IMG/VR virus record: IMGVR_UViG_3300021185_001231
From: a virus
Reading direction: 5' to 3' (one strand)
DNA: 64,000 nucleotides
Of this stretch, positions 26,257 through 35,084 are shown in pieces. The position numbers and the translations under genes were made by a program. The stretch's first letter is position 1, and every line of letters starts with the position of its first letter. The notes under the pieces are model-generated. The model saw nothing but the letters and a program-made list of their open reading frames with translations, ran no database searches and was not told the origin of the DNA.

Positions 26257-26667
26257 CTAATTAATTGAAATTTTGCGAGGTCGCCTTTCTTCAGGTAACT
26301 CTATCTCCATTTGGATCGATAGAATACCGTCCTTAAGAAGGGCACCAGCCACTTCTACATATTCGGACAATCTGAATACCCTTTTAAACTTTCTTGTTGA
26401 GATGCCACGATGGATATAATCCTTGTCAGCAGAACCGCTACTATCACCCACAACAGTGAGAGTACGTTCTATAGATTCAATTTCGATTTGTTCTTGGGTA
26501 AATCCCGCAACAGCGATTTCAATAAGGTAATCTGTGTCTGATACCTTTATTATATTATGAGGAGGATAGTTATCGTTTGCGTTTTTTGCAACGAAGTCCA
26601 ACTCATTAATAAGATGATCGAAACCCACAAACGCGTTACGTGGGAATAATTGCTTTACAGTAGTCAT
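26257..26667 (-). CDS. hsp20: Small heat shock protein Hsp20 (IbpA-like)
   Basis: FVGFD, NYPPHNI, IEIAVAGF, YIHRGISTRKF, GILSI, PRKISI. Confidence 0.93.
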   Translation of the reverse strand: MTTVKQLFPRNAFVGFDHLINELDFVAKNANDNYPPHNIIKVSDTDYLIEIAVAGFTQEQIEIESIERTLTVVGDSSGSADKDYIHRGISTRKFKRVFRLSEYVEVAGALLKDGILSIQMEIELPEERRPRKISIN

Positions 26668-26673
26668 ATTTTT

Positions 26674-26725
26674 TCTCCATTAGTTTCATGCAAGATTAAT
26701 GGGTACCCGACCATTCGGCATACCC
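26674..26725 (-). promoter_or_regulatory. ROSE-like RNA thermometer candidate in hsp20 5' UTR
   Basis: Two hairpins; the second pairs UCUUGCAU with AUGGAGA (SD) leaving a bulged G. Confidence 0.55.
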
Positions 26726-26792
26726 GATTATATATATAAGTATTATAACACAAAGTTTATAAAAAATAAAGTTTTTTTTTTTAAGGAATACT

Positions 26793-27062
26793 ATGTCGAA
26801 CGACAATGAGGAAGAATGGCACGACTACGAAGAATGGAAGCGCCAACATGAAGAGGATAATCCAGATATCAACTATCCATTTGGCATAAACAATTTTAGA
26901 CAGGAAATACCAGCCACAACAACACGCATAGAAGTAGTGGACAAGAATGGTAAGTCTTACACTAATTACGACTGTGATAGAATAACTTTATCTTTTAAGG
27001 ACGAAGGTTTGACTATGCAAGTCGTAATAGAGGATGTTTTGAACAACGCCCCCTACTCTTAG
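26793..27062 (+). CDS. Hypothetical protein, only credible plus-strand CDS
   Basis: TAAGGA RBS, occupies an otherwise empty gap, homologous to 13413..13583. Confidence 0.75.
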   Translation: MSNDNEEEWHDYEEWKRQHEEDNPDINYPFGINNFRQEIPATTTRIEVVDKNGKSYTNYDCDRITLSFKDEGLTMQVVIEDVLNNAPYS

Positions 27063-27598
27063 AAATATGTTGAGGGGTCCGGATCACCTTCCACACCGAA
27101 AGAAAAAGTTACTCTAGAATCTTTAGGTATTATTTGATGGTGAGTTCCTCTAGGAATCCAAACATAGTCTCCAGCACTAAAAGGGAAAGCTTCATTATCA
27201 TTGATACCTTCTATCCTTAAACCTATAGTAGATATAGCCTGACATAAAAAAACATCCATAGAGTCTTTATGCCAAGGATAACTGTCACTCTCCCTACCAA
27301 AACCACTGAATGCGATATTGGTTATCTTACCTTCATGGAGAGAAAAGAAGTCTTCCATTTCGGAGACTATTTCTTTTGCGAATTCTGGTGCGGAAGGACG
27401 ACTGTGGAAAGAGTTTAAACCAAGTCTCATCTTCTTAGTATTTCTATCATACAACTCTTCGGGGTGAGAATCCATTAAGTGCATATACTTGTTCCAATCA
27501 AAAACTGAAGGAACATCAATTGGAAGTTTTCCGAAAAAGGGCGTTTTTGTTTTTATATTTTTTTCTCTTTCTTCAGAGAAAATTCCATATCCTACCAT
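27059..27598 (-). CDS. Cupin/JmjC-like Fe(II) oxygenase
   Basis: WHKDSMDVF (HxD), GDYVWIPRGTHH, R..FSF. Confidence 0.7.
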   Translation of the reverse strand: MVGYGIFSEEREKNIKTKTPFFGKLPIDVPSVFDWNKYMHLMDSHPEELYDRNTKKMRLGLNSFHSRPSAPEFAKEIVSEMEDFFSLHEGKITNIAFSGFGRESDSYPWHKDSMDVFLCQAISTIGLRIEGINDNEAFPFSAGDYVWIPRGTHHQIIPKDSRVTFSFGVEGDPDPSTYF

Positions 27599-27612
27599 AA
27601 TACAATCCTATA

Positions 27613-28023
27613 TCAACTATTTCCTATATTGTACTTAGGTTGCAAATTCCAGTTAGTTTTATCTTTATGAGATATTATCTTAATCTGTCTCATTGGGGCA
27701 AATTCTTTTACCATATTCTTATTTTCAATATCTATAAGACCCCAATCCTGTAAGAGAATAGCTATAGTGTTTCTTCTCATAATATCATTCTCTTCCAGAT
27801 TAGATTTCTTACCGTCCAATAAAAACAATTCCTTAAAGTGAACTATAAAGTATCTACCTTGTTTGTGCAGTATGTGACATGATTGATATAATGTGTTGTC
27901 TCTTCTCGACGACACTCCAATTCTAGTTAGAGTTTCCCTCACCTTGAGAAAATCATCGGGTTCTGTCAACACTATTTCTAACATCTTCAGAGGATTCCAT
28001 TCTACTAAATTATTTTCTTCCAC
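27613..28023 (-). CDS. regA: Translational repressor RegA
   Basis: DDFLKVRETLTRIG, LYQSCHILHKQGRYFIVHFKELF, W.L.PKY.IG. Confidence 0.96.
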   Translation of the reverse strand: MEENNLVEWNPLKMLEIVLTEPDDFLKVRETLTRIGVSSRRDNTLYQSCHILHKQGRYFIVHFKELFLLDGKKSNLEENDIMRRNTIAILLQDWGLIDIENKNMVKEFAPMRQIKIISHKDKTNWNLQPKYNIGNS

Positions 28024-28408
28024 CTTTAAAAACCTTATTTTGTATCACCGCAATCTGTTCTTTCGATAATATAGTTAATGCTTGTTTTGCTTTACTATCA
28101 CTATAACCAAAATACTCTTTCACAGTTTCTATGTTATTAATATTATCCGCTTTAGACCATTTACTAAAACGTTTACGTTTACGTACAATATTTATAAAAA
28201 AATGATATTGTAGTTTACTATCGAGATGATGGAATCTGTTCATCTCATTAGCCATAAAAACTGTGTCGGGAAAATAAGAAAGACTGCGATTAACCATAAA
28301 CGAATTATAAACCTTTTCGTTATCAGTATCTATAGACATAATATCTATCTTAGAATCATTTATACTATTCAGAAAATCGAATGGGGAAAGTGATTTCACC
28401 TTTTTCAT
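28010..28408 (-). CDS. gp62: Clamp loader small subunit gp62
   Basis: YNSFMVNRSLS, ANEMN, RKRKRFSKW; synteny with regA. Confidence 0.92.
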   Translation of the reverse strand: MKKVKSLSPFDFLNSINDSKIDIMSIDTDNEKVYNSFMVNRSLSYFPDTVFMANEMNRFHHLDSKLQYHFFINIVRKRKRFSKWSKADNINNIETVKEYFGYSDSKAKQALTILSKEQIAVIQNKVFKGGRK

Positions 28409-28425
28409 AACAAACCTTATATATT

Positions 28426-28788
28426 TTAATTAGAATCTTTAACAAAAACCCCATCGACCATTCGACCCTTTCTATCTTTAATATCATCGTATGCGACGTT
28501 TAAACAATGTTTTAAAGACAAATTATTTCTTACAGCAATGTTAATGAGGACAACCATAATATCCCCAATGTCATCTGAGATATCATTACCCTTACAAATA
28601 TTATCGGAAAGTTCTCCACACTCCTGCATCAACTTACAGAACTGATCTTTGTCGTTGGAACCCTCGATCAGATTTCTGTCTAGATGCCATCTTTCAATAG
28701 ACTGAATAAGTCTTTCCAAACTTTTTAAAGATTTGTCTCTCTTGAGGAGCTCTCTTTTAGTATAAGTCATAACTTCCATATTACCCAT
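28426..28788 (-). CDS. MazG-like nucleotide pyrophosphohydrolase
   Basis: KLMQECGEL, DDIGD.MVVL, AYDDIKDRKG..VDGVFVK. Confidence 0.8.
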   Translation of the reverse strand: MGNMEVMTYTKRELLKRDKSLKSLERLIQSIERWHLDRNLIEGSNDKDQFCKLMQECGELSDNICKGNDISDDIGDIMVVLINIAVRNNLSLKHCLNVAYDDIKDRKGRMVDGVFVKDSN

Positions 28789-28789
28789 T

Positions 28790-29725
28790 TTATTTTATCT
28801 CCACATTGGCCATGACTTCGGTAAGACAGGCAACTAAGTTAAGTTCGTGATCTGCCACGAACGCATTTTTGTATTGATAGTCCGCAAGTATAAGAACTAA
28901 TTGAGGAATACTCTCGGACACTACATAGTCTTGCATATTGTCGTAGACATCTCTAAATATCGAAGCGGGTTCTAAGTCCATATTATTGACAACCCACTTG
29001 CGCATTTTTTTGAAGTCCTTGTTTTTGATATGAGAAAATAGTTGTGCATAATTACTATTATTATCATTATCTATAACAGTAGTTAGTAAGGTACCACTAA
29101 TAGAACCTCTTTGAGCTTCATTAAGGACTCGTCTCCAATCTGGGGCGTGGCGCATAATGAGACCAGCAACAACATCTTTATTATACTCGACATCCTCTTC
29201 ATTAAGAATAGTTTGAAGACGAGTCATAAACTGACCGCACAATTGAACCATTGTATTCTTACCAAAAGTAAACTCATAATTAGAACAACGAGAATGCAAT
29301 GGTTCGATTATACGATTCTTAAAATTACAAGTGAGAATGAATCGACAGTTCTTAGAGAACTCTTCTATGAAACCTCTAAGGGCGGGTTGAGTAGACTGTG
29401 GATTAAGGTAGTCCGCCTCGTCAAGGATTACAACTTTGTAACCCCCTGAGAGAGATACGGACGAGGCGAACTGTTTAATCTTACCACGTAGGGTATCAAT
29501 ATTACCCTCTTCAGAACCGTTGATGACGATATAGTCAAGTCCAAGTTCTTCGCACATGGCACGAGCGATAGTGGTTTTACCAGTACCAGCCGTACCACTA
29601 AACATCATATTGGGCATATCTCCACCATCCACAATAGACTGGAAAGTGTTTTTAAGATCTTTTGTGAGAATGGTTTCCGATACTTTTGAAGGGCGATACT
29701 TCTCCACCCATAGAAATTCTTTCAT
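28790..29725 (-). CDS. gp44: Clamp loader large subunit gp44
   Basis: LWVEKYRP, GTAGTGKTT, ILDEAD, LHSRC. Confidence 0.96.
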   Translation of the reverse strand: MKEFLWVEKYRPSKVSETILTKDLKNTFQSIVDGGDMPNMMFSGTAGTGKTTIARAMCEELGLDYIVINGSEEGNIDTLRGKIKQFASSVSLSGGYKVVILDEADYLNPQSTQPALRGFIEEFSKNCRFILTCNFKNRIIEPLHSRCSNYEFTFGKNTMVQLCGQFMTRLQTILNEEDVEYNKDVVAGLIMRHAPDWRRVLNEAQRGSISGTLLTTVIDNDNNSNYAQLFSHIKNKDFKKMRKWVVNNMDLEPASIFRDVYDNMQDYVVSESIPQLVLILADYQYKNAFVADHELNLVACLTEVMANVEIK

Positions 29726-29757
29726 AGTTACTCCATAATATATAAGTCAATACACAT

Positions 29758-29786
29758 ATTATAACATAATACGTAAGGTTTGTCAA
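29758..29786 (-). promoter_or_regulatory. Sigma70-type promoter of gp44
   Basis: TTGACA-17 nt-TATAAT. Confidence 0.8.
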
Positions 29787-29799
29787 TCAGTTTCAAGTC

Positions 29800-29955
29800 T
29801 ATCTTAATAGTTGTGTACATGTTCGGCCCGCCCTATATCTAGACAACCAGATCTAAACATTAGTCTCTTAATCAGTCGACGGGCAACCGATTCGTATTCC
29901 AATCAACTAGGTTGTGTATGAAAGAACTGGACTGGAAAACAGTTCTTTCGGGTTT
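29800..29955 (-). ncRNA. Candidate structured ncRNA downstream of tRNA array
   Basis: No sizeable minus-strand ORF; perfect 10-bp hairpin plus nested stems whose G-U pairs work on the minus strand. Confidence 0.4.
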
Positions 29956-29960
29956 CGGTG

Positions 29961-30037
29961 TGGCACGCCCGGCACGATTCGAACGTGCGACCCACAGCTT
30001 AGAAGGCTGTTGCTCTATCCAACTGAGCTACGGGCGC
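29961..30037 (-). tRNA. tRNA-Arg(UCU)
   Basis: Full cloverleaf, ACAGC-CT-TCT-AA-GCTGT, GTTCGAATC, encoded CCA. Confidence 0.95.
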
Positions 30038-30041
30038 ATAT

Positions 30042-30117
30042 TGGAGCGGATAGTCGGGTTCGAACCGACGACCTCGACCTTGGCAAGGTTGCGCTCTACC
30101 AACTGAGCTATATCCGC
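30042..30117 (-). tRNA. tRNA-Gly(GCC)
   Basis: Cloverleaf, anticodon loop TT-GCC-AA, GGTTCGAAC, U73, encoded CCA. Confidence 0.95.
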
Positions 30118-30122
30118 AATAT

Positions 30123-30192
30123 TGGAGCGGAGTGTAGGAACTTCCCCTACCTTCAATGAGTGGTACTCATCGACCCAATAACTGACCTCCGC
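30123..30192 (-). ncRNA. Non-canonical tRNA-like RNA with Gly acceptor and ACC anticodon
   Basis: GCGGAG/CTCCGC-T-CCA acceptor; GATGA-GTACCAC-TCATT arm; GTAGG-GGAAGTT-CCTAC arm; shortened D region. Confidence 0.7.
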
Positions 30193-30197
30193 AAATT

Positions 30198-30273
30198 TGG
30201 CATCCCATACCGGATTCGAACCGATGTTGCTAGGATGAAAACCTAGTGTCCTAACCAACTAGACGAATGGGAC
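30198..30273 (-). tRNA. tRNA-Glu(UUC)
   Basis: Cloverleaf, CTAGG-TT-TTC-AT-CCTAG, GGTTCGAATCC, encoded CCA. Confidence 0.95.
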
Positions 30274-30278
30274 TCTAG

Positions 30279-30470
30279 TTACTTTTCCGTTTTTTCTTCC
30301 GAAACTTCTTCAACCAAACTAATAACTTGAATAGACTGTTCCCTTAGTTGTCCGATAGTAAGAAGTTCTTCACCCTTAAACCCACCTCTACCAGATATAG
30401 TATCAATAACAGCAACAGTAGATCTCGCAATTTTATTGGCTAGGTCATTTAATTTTTTCTGATCGGTCAT
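30279..30470 (-). CDS. Hypothetical helical protein
   Basis: ORF between gp45 and the tRNAs; RG.FKGEEL motif. Confidence 0.7.
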   Translation of the reverse strand: MTDQKKLNDLANKIARSTVAVIDTISGRGGFKGEELLTIGQLREQSIQVISLVEEVSEEKTEK

Positions 30471-30474
30471 CTAT

Positions 30475-31152
30475 TTATTCCCCATATACCGATGATTTTT
30501 CTAAAGCGACAAAGTATTCAATATTAGAATGTGTGCTTCGGAAGTTACTTATAAGTTTGCTAGAGATAGAAACTTCGAAAGATTCATTTACAACTTTGAT
30601 GTTGTTAACGTTTAAAATAAAACTGAAGTCCATGTCTTCAACATAACTACCATCCACACTTATAGAGAAAGAGTTTGAAGTCGGATCTTTAGAATCTCCT
30701 ACAGTTAAAGCGATAGATCCGTTTGATGGTGTTATAGAAATCTCTTGATGACCTAAAGCTGAAGAAGCACGTTTAATCTTGGCGAGAGTTTCCACACTCA
30801 AAGTGAACTTAACCTCACCTTCAGGCATTACAATGTCCTTTGTGGGGGTTGTTAACATGTCCGGATCAGAGTAAAAGTAACGAATAGAAGAGAGTCCTGA
30901 ACCATCTGTGATGGTTGCATAATCTTCACTAAAACTTATATTGGGGCGTTCAACCAACCCAAGAACATTTAAGAACTCATTCAAATCATAAATACCAAAT
31001 GATTTGGGAAAGGTCTCGTCGACAGTAGCTGAAGATACGACATTTCTCGCTACAGCCATAGTTTTAATAGTATTACCCTCACTGATAACGATGTTAGGGT
31101 TAATGTTAGAGTAGTTCTTGAGAACTGATAGAGTACGATCTGATAATTCCAT
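30475..31152 (-). CDS. gp45: Sliding clamp gp45
   Basis: LKNYSNIN, FGIYDLNEFL, YFVALE; synteny. Confidence 0.94.
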   Translation of the reverse strand: MELSDRTLSVLKNYSNINPNIVISEGNTIKTMAVARNVVSSATVDETFPKSFGIYDLNEFLNVLGLVERPNISFSEDYATITDGSGLSSIRYFYSDPDMLTTPTKDIVMPEGEVKFTLSVETLAKIKRASSALGHQEISITPSNGSIALTVGDSKDPTSNSFSISVDGSYVEDMDFSFILNVNNIKVVNESFEVSISSKLISNFRSTHSNIEYFVALEKSSVYGE

Positions 31153-31181
31153 AATATAATTCCTTAGTTAATATGACATAC

Positions 31182-31210
31182 ATTATACACTATTTCTACA
31201 CTTTTGTAAA
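31182..31210 (-). promoter_or_regulatory. Sigma70-type promoter of gp45
   Basis: TTTACA-17 nt-TATAAT. Confidence 0.8.
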
Positions 31211-31215
31211 GCACT

Positions 31216-32940
31216 TTATGCAACTTTTTTTAATGTGGAGAAATTTTGTTTCTTACTAAACACAAGTTTATTCTCAAAGTGAGCATCCTCAAGTTCAGCC
31301 TTATGAGAGATAACAAAAACATTTGTGTCGTCTCCCAAGGAGTAGATGATCTTCATTAAGTTATCTACACCGTCTTCGTCTAGAGAAGAATCAAAAGTCT
31401 CATCTAGAATCAAAAGATTTGTTGCAACAGAGTTCTTCATCTTAGCCACTTGTCTCCAAGTAAACAATAACGATAAATCTATTCTCTGTTTCTCACCTTC
31501 AGAAAAAGAATCGTAGGTGAATGAATCACGATGTCTAGATCGGATAGTCTCTTGAAAACTTTCGTCTAAATCAAAATGAACAAAGAAGTCTAAAGTCTGT
31601 AAGTACTGATTCGTTAACTGATTTATAACAGGTATATACTGTTTAATAATTTTAGTCTTAATTCCAGTATCTTTCAAAAGTTCAGAAGATACCTGATTGT
31701 AAGAGTGTTGTTCATTTAACTTATACTTCTCATCTTGGAAGGAATGTAACTGATCTCGCAATTCATCCAAGTCTTTATTCGCTTGACCCATATCACCTTC
31801 ACTATCAACAAGACTATCTATGTCAGCCTGTATTCTATCTATCTGAGTCTGGAATTGACTGATAGATTTATTGTTACTGTACATTTCTGTTTGATCTTTC
31901 TGAATAAGAACTAATTCCTCATTAACTCTTTCTATATCGGAATTGACTTCAGACAGTTCTTCAGTAACCTTATGCATTGCTTCATTTAGTTGTTTGGCAC
32001 GAAACTGAGCTTTATCCTTCTTCTCTTTCCGTAAATCATCACCAATAACTTGTTCGCATGTTGGACAAGATTCGTTATCCTCAAAAAACTTAGCTTCCTT
32101 TACTATACCTCTAACCTGAGTTTTAAATTGTGTATTATAGGAAGTTAGTTTAGTTTTCTTTTCATTCAGACCTTTTATCTCATTCGTGTGCGCTGGAAGT
32201 AACTCTTCAATCTTAGATGACAAATCAGTATTCTGTTTAGAAAATTGTTTTATCTTCTTATGAAGATCTTTAATATCTTTCTCTTTCTGTTTTCTACTCG
32301 CAACAGTAATAGCTGTAAGATCTCTAATGTATTTTTTCTGAGAATTTATCTTAGTGTTAACAACATCCAATCTGTGGTTATTATCACTTATAGAGTTTTT
32401 CAATAATGCAATCTTCTCCTTTAGGAGTTGGTTCATTTTAGAAAATACATTAATATCAAGAAGATCTTCGATAACGTCACGTCTTTGCGTTTGACTCAAT
32501 TGCATAAAGGGAACAAAAGAACCAGACCCTAGAACAACGATCTGATGAAAAGATTTATGATTAAGTTTAAGAATATTTTTTTCTAGTATCTGTTGATACT
32601 CTTTCGCATGGGAACTCTGATCGATCATCACTCCATTGACATAGATCTCAAAAATGTTTGGTTTTATACCACGAACTATTTTATAGTTCTTAGAACCAAT
32701 ACTAAACTCAACCTCAACCATAGTAGACTTGGCATTTATACTATTGACGAGTTGAGGTTTAGATATCTTCCTATGAGCCTTACCAAACAAACCGAAGGAT
32801 AGAGCATCCAACATAGTAGATTTCCCAGCGCCATTCTGACCAACAACTAATGTAGTGGACGAATCTTGCAAATCTATTTCAGTGAAACTATTTCCGGTAG
32901 ATAAAAAATTTTTATATCTAAGTTTCTTGAATATTATCAT
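31216..32940 (-). CDS. gp46: Rad50/SbcC-like recombination ATPase gp46
   Basis: GQNGAGKST, CPTC zinc hook, FSEGEK, LILDE, ISH. Confidence 0.96.
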   Translation of the reverse strand: MIIFKKLRYKNFLSTGNSFTEIDLQDSSTTLVVGQNGAGKSTMLDALSFGLFGKAHRKISKPQLVNSINAKSTMVEVEFSIGSKNYKIVRGIKPNIFEIYVNGVMIDQSSHAKEYQQILEKNILKLNHKSFHQIVVLGSGSFVPFMQLSQTQRRDVIEDLLDINVFSKMNQLLKEKIALLKNSISDNNHRLDVVNTKINSQKKYIRDLTAITVASRKQKEKDIKDLHKKIKQFSKQNTDLSSKIEELLPAHTNEIKGLNEKKTKLTSYNTQFKTQVRGIVKEAKFFEDNESCPTCEQVIGDDLRKEKKDKAQFRAKQLNEAMHKVTEELSEVNSDIERVNEELVLIQKDQTEMYSNNKSISQFQTQIDRIQADIDSLVDSEGDMGQANKDLDELRDQLHSFQDEKYKLNEQHSYNQVSSELLKDTGIKTKIIKQYIPVINQLTNQYLQTLDFFVHFDLDESFQETIRSRHRDSFTYDSFSEGEKQRIDLSLLFTWRQVAKMKNSVATNLLILDETFDSSLDEDGVDNLMKIIYSLGDDTNVFVISHKAELEDAHFENKLVFSKKQNFSTLKKVA

Positions 32941-32979
32941 AAAATGTATTACTCATAACAAATTATATTAAGGAAGGGT

Positions 32980-33008
32980 ATTATACCACAATCAGAACAA
33001 AATGTAAA
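32980..33008 (-). promoter_or_regulatory. Sigma70-type promoter of gp46
   Basis: TTTACA-17 nt-TATAAT, TGTGG extension. Confidence 0.8.
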
Positions 33009-33013
33009 GAACT

Positions 33014-33307
33014 TTATAACTTTTCTTTTTCGTGAAGAAAGGCTCTGATCGCATCTCCCATAGTCTGACCGTATGCGGTAACTTTAGCGTCGTATATTTT
33101 GAACATATCACGACCAACAAAATCAGATGGAGTTATAACGCTGACCCTATGTCTTTCCATGTAGTTTATATCAAAGACAGATATGTTTATATGACTACCA
33201 TCTCTAGTTGAAGTCTTATTAAAAATATTCTCGAAGTTTTCAGAATACTTCTCACTAGGTGTTTTTGACCGTATAACATCTCCAGTGATATCATTCTTCG
33301 TGACCAT
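33014..33307 (-). CDS. Hypothetical protein
   Basis: ORF between gp47 and gp46; N-terminal KNDITGD motif. Confidence 0.65.
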   Translation of the reverse strand: MVTKNDITGDVIRSKTPSEKYSENFENIFNKTSTRDGSHINISVFDINYMERHRVSVITPSDFVGRDMFKIYDAKVTAYGQTMGDAIRAFLHEKEKL

Positions 33308-33308
33308 A

Positions 33309-34364
33309 TTACGCTATCTCCAAATTCTGAGCTTCAATCATAAGTTCGGATAGTTCCGTCTTAATCCTATTCTTGTCTAGATCAGTATCAACCATATCGA
33401 TATACTTGTGTACCAAGTCAGTAGTGTCATCGATCTTTATATCACCATTGACAGCATCACCAACAAACTCTTTGAAGTTTTCTACAATTTTTAGTTCATG
33501 TATAGGTCGCATCTGAATACGATCAACAAACCTCTCGAAAGTTAAGGGATCTCCTTTATTAACGACAATCAGTTTAACAAACTTATTATCAATTCCGGAC
33601 AAGTCTTGGAACACATCTATAATTTCACTATTATAATAAATCTTTTCGTATATAGTAAGAGGATTGCGAATAGGTGTAAGTTCTCTAGTGTCAGTATCAA
33701 AAATATGAAAATACTTGTTATCGTTACAATCATTCCAGTAGAATTCCATCTGGGACCCTAGGTAGTAAATATTACCTCTAGTAGATCTAGCGTGGAAATG
33801 TCCAGTCATGACCATCTCAAATCTATCGAAATGAGTAGGGGACATTCCATCCCTACACTCTAGACCCCTGTCCATTTCAAACCCAGTCAATTCTAAATGA
33901 GCTCCAACAATATCTGCCTTACAAGTTCTGATAAACTCTAGAGTATCCTCTTCATTCTCAGGGTTTATCCAAGGGATAAGGGCAATCTTACATCCGTCAT
34001 AATCCATAACGCGAGGTTCTTCAATTAAATGAACCTCATTCATGTAATGACCCTGTAGTTCCTTTAATGCATTTAGGTCATTAGTGTTCTTATAGTAACA
34101 GTCGTGGTTGCCAGGAATTATATCCATAGTGATACCATAATCTCTTAGTTTTTCCAAGAACACCTTTCTATTCCTGTGGAGAGACTTGAAGTTTATGGTT
34201 TTCCTATTGTCATAGTAATCGCCCAAATGAAGTATCTGAGTTATGTTATTTTCTAGTAGATATGGAAAAAATATATCAGTGTAAAACCTTTCCTGATATT
34301 CCATAAAGATGTCGGAAGAATTTCTTGTACCACAATGAGTATCATTGAGAATAGCAATCTTCAT
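33309..34364 (-). CDS. gp47: Mre11/SbcD-like nuclease gp47
   Basis: DTH, HLGDYYDNRK, GNHD, GHFH. Confidence 0.95.
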   Translation of the reverse strand: MKIAILNDTHCGTRNSSDIFMEYQERFYTDIFFPYLLENNITQILHLGDYYDNRKTINFKSLHRNRKVFLEKLRDYGITMDIIPGNHDCYYKNTNDLNALKELQGHYMNEVHLIEEPRVMDYDGCKIALIPWINPENEEDTLEFIRTCKADIVGAHLELTGFEMDRGLECRDGMSPTHFDRFEMVMTGHFHARSTRGNIYYLGSQMEFYWNDCNDNKYFHIFDTDTRELTPIRNPLTIYEKIYYNSEIIDVFQDLSGIDNKFVKLIVVNKGDPLTFERFVDRIQMRPIHELKIVENFKEFVGDAVNGDIKIDDTTDLVHKYIDMVDTDLDKNRIKTELSELMIEAQNLEIA

Positions 34365-34391
34365 AATATAGTCCTATAAATTTATACGGTA

Positions 34392-34421
34392 ATTATACCA
34401 TACTTCATAAGTAAATGTCAA
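34392..34421 (-). promoter_or_regulatory. Sigma70-type promoter of gp47
   Basis: TTGACA-18 nt-TATAAT. Confidence 0.7.
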
Positions 34422-34429
34422 GTGTTTTA

Positions 34430-35020
34430 TTACAAATAATCTGAGAGATCGGAATCGACTTTAACGGCTCTTCTTTTTCTTTTCTTTTCTTCCTTAGCGT
34501 AATCTTTGAAGTGACCATCAGCATCCTTTACAATATCAATTCTCTGTCGGAGGACATCAACAAATGGTTGGTTATGAATATGACCATCTATGTTTTCTCC
34601 ATTCACCAAAAAGTCTTCTATTGCAGCTTCAGAAATATACTTCATCTTTATATCTTGTTGACGTTTCTCATTCTGTATGCGACGTAAGAATGCATACCAA
34701 GAAATCTGTGTGAAATATGCGAACGCATTAAGATTCCCCGAACGAGTTGCAGCTTCTGGATCAAACCTATTAATTGCTTTAAGACAGTTTTCTACAGCAT
34801 CCATAACCATCTCTTCTCTATATGTGTATCGAACAAAGTTTGCTTTGTGTGATAGTCCCTCACATATTTTAAGAAAGCATTCAGCGATATAATCAGGAAC
34901 TACTGGTTTGGATAGACCATCCTTTTCACTTTCTTTCACATGCAAAACATAATCTACTACAGCTTGACTGAATTGTTTATTGTTAACATAATGTGGTCTT
35001 TTAGATGCTTCACTTGCCAT
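34430..35020 (-). CDS. gp55: Late sigma factor gp55
   Basis: HYVNNK, YIAECFLKI, NF..YTYREEM..D, NAFAYFTQI..YAFLRRI..EK. Confidence 0.95.
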   Translation of the reverse strand: MASEASKRPHYVNNKQFSQAVVDYVLHVKESEKDGLSKPVVPDYIAECFLKICEGLSHKANFVRYTYREEMVMDAVENCLKAINRFDPEAATRSGNLNAFAYFTQISWYAFLRRIQNEKRQQDIKMKYISEAAIEDFLVNGENIDGHIHNQPFVDVLRQRIDIVKDADGHFKDYAKEEKKRKRRAVKVDSDLSDYL

Positions 35021-35055
35021 AATATTAGTTCCATTTATATTTGTTAATAGTGTGT

Positions 35056-35084
35056 ATTATACACTATTTTATGTTTTTTGTCAA
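35056..35084 (-). promoter_or_regulatory. Sigma70-type promoter of gp55
   Basis: TTGACA-17 nt-TATAAT; -10 lies inside an AATAGTGT/ACACTATT dyad. Confidence 0.85.

Noticed and set aside
29912-30258. ORFs 29912..30106, 29914..30159 and 30028..30258
   Set aside because: They overlap clear tRNA genes and are translation artefacts
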